The position numbers and the translations under genes were made by a program. The notes under the pieces were generated by a model, which had not been told where the DNA came from, ran no database searches, and saw only the letters and a list, made by a program, of their open reading frames with translations. From contig SMSO01000008.1 in NCBI GenBank assembly GCA_004764695.1, positions 372,001 to 436,000 of the forward strand: DNA of 64,000 nucleotides, read 5' to 3'. This stretch comes from Schizochytrium sp. TIO01 (lineage: Eukaryota; Protista; Bigyra: Labyrinthulomycetes). This document shows, in pieces, positions 58,446-64,000 of this stretch (position 1 is its first letter; every line of letters starts with the position of its first letter).

Positions 58446-61400
58446 GGAAGAGGCCGCGACAGTGGCTTCGAGGAGGCTAAATGTCTCTGGCATTTCGACC
58501 GAATTGTGAAAGCTCGCTGCTCTATCCTTTGCTTTGCTATGCTTTGCTTTGCTTTGCTTTTCGGAGAGTCCTGTTTCTAAAGGGCGATTTTAGAAGGATC
58601 AACTTTGGAGTGTAAAGGGCATTGATTGATACACTCAATGTACACCAACTGCATTGCACCTCCATTGGTGATCAAGGTTATTGATCGATTGATGAAAGCA
58701 CGCGATACAGGTTGAATGAAGCAGAAGCACTCGAACGTGAGGTGACGCCAGGTGCCGCGGCGAAGAAGCTAGCGGCTGCGTTTGCAAAGAACTTGGAAAT
58801 GGTCCGCTGAGGTGGAAACTCTTGAACACTGCCGTCGAAAAGGTGGAAACGAAGGTGAACGAAGTTATCGTTGAAGAGTGTGAGTAGGCTTGAGCAAGAA
58901 CTGCTCGCTCGCCAAAGCGCAGCGGCTCTTGTGCGGCGACGACGGTGGCGAGCCGTGCACAGCCAATGCCAAAAGCGAGTGGCATCTCCTTTAGAGAAAC
59001 CCACGCACCAAGCCTGCCCAGCCACCACACCGCGAGACGATGCTTTGTCCTTAAGACCGCGCTGCCGCAGAATATATGACAAACACATTCGCATTCAATT
59101 CATTGCGTGCTGCCAAAGAATTCTCACGGACCCGGGATTTCTGTGGTTAAGTCGACCTGTCTCAAAGACCAAAGGTGTGTGATTGGTTGTAGTTCGGAGC
59201 TCTCGAGTGAGAAGAACCTGAGACTTGGCAGCGTAGCTTAAGCCCGTGCTGCTTGCGACGGGCGTACACAAGGCGAGCGAACTAAGACACGCTGCTGCGA
59301 CGGGGTCCACAGAGGACCGACTCTTCTGAAAGAAAGAAAGCTTGCTTCCGCTAGACCTATCCAGACACTGCTTCAGAATCTGTCTGACTGTCTGTACTTT
59401 GTAAGGCTTTGTTGACTGCTGATTATGGGGAGTAACCCCTCACTCACTCACTCACTCACTCACTCACTCACTCGCTCGCTCAGGTCTAAGAGGAAAGGCA
59501 CTATGGGGCACACAAGCGCCCGTGAAACCTTGGAGAGGCGTTGGCGAAGAGTTTAGGCGCCGCCATAGCGCCGGTGCGTAAGAGTGGCAGACCTCGAAGT
59601 TTGACCCAGATCCGTTCGCGCAGTGGCTAGGCCCCGGCTTTGCGCAAAACTACCAAGTGCACTTGTGGCAGGCTTACAGCTGCTGCTGCTGCTGCTTGCT
59701 TGCTTGCTTGCTTCCTTCTAGCTAGCGAAATGCAGAAGATGGCAGACTTAGAGGTAGCTCAGGTGCATGCTCAAACGAAAGAGGATTGTTGGCGAAAGAG
59801 TTGGTAGCCGCCGCAAGTGCCACAAGGTCAACCAGCGACGCTCGTAGCACCTCTTACCCTGCTCAACGCAAACACGAACAAATGAAGAAGGCCCGTCACC
59901 GCATAGCTTACATAGCTTTCAGCTTGCTCTAAAGCACTCCATAGAGAGCTCTTTCTTTCTGTTCTTTCTGGTAATGATGAAATCGGAAGTTGGCTGCTCG
60001 TATGTATGATGATGTGTGATGCAATGTGGGCTTCGCCCAGAATTTACTTACATTGATTGGCAAGCAAATAGACTTGAAGGGGATCTGTGCTAGGTAACCT
60101 GCTAGTGTTGTGTGCGAGCAATCTACGGTGAGGGAAGATGGAGTAGGACAATGACACACTGCAATGACCGGGGTTTTGCAAGTTTTAGTGCTAACCAGGC
60201 TATATTAAGTATAGCAATTGTATAGATAGGCTAGTTTCTTCTTCAGGGCTCAATGCAGATATCAGCATTCACAGACCACTACTGCAAACTCCTGTCAATC
60301 TCTTTTCTCTAAGTAAGACTCTGGTCAAAGTTAATCACTCATGGTTCACTGTCTGGACGCACTAGAAATATAATACTATTTCATACCGCCAAATGAAACG
60401 GAATCAAGACTACTATTACATAAAAATTATATTTATTTATTTTTATAAAGGTAGAATGCAAGGTATGTTTCATTTCCTCAAAAGGTCTGTCTAATGAAAC
60501 GTTGTAATATCTTGTCCTATTGAAATGTATCATGCGTTTCCTCTTTAAATAGAAAATCTCTGTCTACCTCATACACTAACAATAGTACTACCAAAGCTAA
60601 AAAAGCTTACAGGCTTAGGAGCACAAGGAAACTCTAGCTATATACTTTTCAACTTATGCTGTAACAGATTTTTGCTTTGTTTTGTTTTTTAAAGAGAGCT
60701 CAAATACAATGACAATGGGATTTGTGCAAGTCTGTCTAGCTTAGAGGAAGGTTTAATGATATGTGTTCTCGCTCATTCGCTAGAGTTACGGCTCGTGAGA
60801 TAAAGATCATGAGGTAAATACTGGCAAAATAACAAACGACAATCACACGTTATAGAAGCTTCTCTTATTTAGTTGATGTGATGTAACAGAAGCAAAACCA
60901 CTTACATTACTTGCCATATCGCTTGCATCATAGCATCAACTAAACTAGTATTTGTTTCAATGAATGAAACCTTCACTCAGTCGCATGAGTGGAAAGAATG
61001 CAACCTCACACAGTGATAGCAGTCAAATGTAAAGCATTTGTTGTTGGACTTTTTACGTCAAGGGAGCTAAAATTTATGGCTGGACCATTGATATATTCAT
61101 TAGATTATTGCAAATGAACTCGTGTAGCGAAGCGATGAGAGGTAGTTTGTCTGACAAGAGAGCGAATTATGGTAAGTGCTGGACCAGGTCCTGTCGAAGA
61201 AGCCTAGAAGGAGAAGAATGATGTTAAGCATATTGAGGCTCTGTATACAGATAGTTTGAGTGAGTAGTGTTAGACAAAAGTGATATCACGTCCGGTGAGC
61301 TACACCAGGATTTGGTTTGACCATTGTAGATATTCAGTGAACAAATACCTTTACCGATAGTACAGAGCAATCCATATAAATTAGGAAAAGACTTGCACAC

Positions 61401-64000
61401 CCGCAGTGACAAGTTTAAAACATGGAAAATCTTTTGTTTCATGGAAGAATTCATGAAAGGACAAGGTTCCGTTCCTCTTTCAAAACAAAAAGATAGGCAA
61501 GATTGTAGACGCACACTGTTGTACACTTCAAAACAGCAAGCAATATTTCCACGTGATCTTTTAGCCGTAACATCTTCAATTTGGATAAAACGCTACATAG
61601 TACATCATGAAAATGATCGTTATCTTTGATAAATGGCATTTTTCTTGATCCTATGCATCAGCTATGCGAATTGTAATATAAATCCTCAAACAAAATTAGT
61701 CTGACCTAGTCATACTTTCGCAGCTTTTTGCAATAAACATGTGTATATCTTTCATTTTATCCAAATAAAGCTTCTACAACTACTCAACATACTACAATCA
61801 TGCTCTCGACAGATTGTGGCATCATGTTATTCTTGCAAGCGATGTGATAAGATTATCACTTGCTTCGAGCAACTACTAACCCCCTAACGTGATAAGAAGA
61901 AACAAACTATGTTGAATTTTGCTTTCGAGTTCACCTGCATCTAGGCTCCACTTGAGCTGGGCTACTTTTAATAGTAAAACAAACAAACCCCACACAGGTG
62001 GCTGTAATACTTCGTTCGACTCACACAACCTCACAATCTAGCAAACCGATCTCTGCTTAAGCCCATATCACAAACATGCTCGATAAACTCCTTTAAGTCA
62101 ACCAAATAACCAATTAACCAACCAACGCCTTACAAAATAAATGCTGTAGGTTTTCGACCTATTTAATTACATTTCGGATTCAGTGTCATTTTACGGTCTT
62201 AAAAGCGAATGAAAGAGAGATTTAACAGCATAAGAATTGCTCCCTAAAGTAGAATGGTTTAGCAAGCCAAAGACTTGCATTCGGAGTGGTTGATACTTCT
62301 TGCGCAAACTTACTTCAAAGTTCTTTGCCACAAAGGTTTCACCGTTGCTAGGCGTCGTAGAACTCCGTCTCTTACTACCAATTCCAGACGCAGTCCCTTG
62401 AGGGCTACCTGTATATGATAAACCTATCGTCAATACTGGGGTTTCATTACGCTGAATTAAAAACATAGCAAAAACGCTCCCGCGCTTACTTTGTCATATT
62501 AGCGTGACCAGAAAGTATGCATATCTACAAGAAGTCAATCCTTGCGAATATTTTCCATACTACCTCAGGATCTTCTATATCCAGAACAAACCCATTCATA
62601 AGCTCTGGTGTCCAGTTAATTGTATGGTAAATACTTAAACAAATTGCACCTTGCATTTTCAGCGTTTTCTGCATGATCAGCTTGTTCGAAAGAGGCCAAG
62701 GCTGTTTCTTTCAATGTTACACGAATTGGTGCTCCAAAGAGAGCACTTATCTCATAACGCTTCCCTACCACATCGGCAAGAGCAAGCGCCCCAGAAAGGC
62801 TAGATTCTAGGGAGATATGGCGCTCTGGGTTTTGAGGTTATTCATGCCCTTGGCTAGGCTTGGCGAGAAGTTGATTGTGACTGTACTGCTTCCTTTGGAC
62901 GAATGAAACATCATCGAGAGCTATGAAGCTAAAAGTACATGTGGTGGGTATAACCAGAAAAGGTCCCCTGTAAATCATTGTAGGGCGTTAAACTCCCAAA
63001 ACTGTTGCACACAGATACAAATGTGCGTGTAATCATGTGTGCCATACGTCTGATTATACAAGATTCTTTGTCGGGAAAGTGGTGCTATGAACTGTTGCAA
63101 CTCCACCTGAATTAATGAAACTTATTTATAGCTTTATATACGACAAATTAGTTTTCTTTTCGTGCTTCTTATATCATGGACATCACTCTGTCTTTGCATG
63201 ACTTTAAGTAGAAAGGAACACATGGCTATTTCTAATCATCAACGCCTGGTGTTTTCACTCAAGCCTCGAACTTCTTCTTAGCTGCTTTTGCACTTTATAC
63301 TCGTACATGCCCAACCCTAACTTATTTTAAATAAATCCTGATGACATGCATCTCTAACTTTGAGTAATATTCTATATATAACGGCTGCTGAGATCTAATA
63401 TCGAAAGAACTAGTAGACAAGACATTGCTAGAGTTACTGACGCCCTTTGTTGAGACATCATTTGTATAAGGCTTGCAATCAGAGCAGAACTTGACAACCA
63501 GACTTACATGGTTGAGAAGCTAAGAACCAAAAGTGTGACTACACATTTTCTAGAACCAAGAATGGTGCAACTTGAATTGATGGTTTAAAAAGTTGAAATA
63601 GCCCAACCCCGTCAATTATATTTAACGCAGTGCAAGAATGCCTAAGCCTCCTAACTACTACACGATCCAGGCTGCCTTGGAATTCATTTCTAGGACAGCA
63701 GTTTGCGCACTATTGAAGTCGACCTTCTTGGACTCTTGCCTTCATCTTCATAATGAACCCCCAGCTGGCCAGACTTATCTTACAGCAATTGCACACTCGA
63801 CCCTTGGCTATATGTAACCGGAGCAACACCCATTTTTGATGAAATGGTCTGCAATTTGTTACACCGACTCTTGAACAATGAATCCAGCAGCATATATTAA
63901 TTAATATCTCAAGTTGTGGACAAGAATTTCTCGAACTTTGTAAATTGTAGAACAACATGCGTCATGCATTTATTATCTAATAACAAATAAAATATATAGT

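Overview
Eukaryotic, gene-sparse window whose long ORFs are uninterrupted and whose intergenic DNA is rich in microsatellites. The style resembles a thraustochytrid/labyrinthulomycete stramenopile, but that is inferred from composition only. Left half (5.3-33.6 kb): a co-oriented tandem array of six divergent paralogs, five intact and one frameshifted pseudogene. They share a bZIP basic region, a zipper-loop-zipper and a ~280-350 aa C-terminal domain that looks START/helix-grip-like, i.e. candidate ligand-sensing transcription factors. One intact member has its DNA-contact motif replaced by Pro/Gly/acidic residues and is a candidate natural dominant-negative. Right half: two co-oriented minus-strand flavoprotein/GcvT-fold genes, a sarcosine dehydrogenase and a divergent dimethylglycine dehydrogenase-like gene (consecutive steps of glycine betaine catabolism). 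Each is preceded by a 7-8 kb microsatellite-rich region with short GC-rich islands. No rRNA, tRNA, CRISPR array or recognisable intact transposon was seen. All family assignments come from motif recognition by eye; no searches were run.
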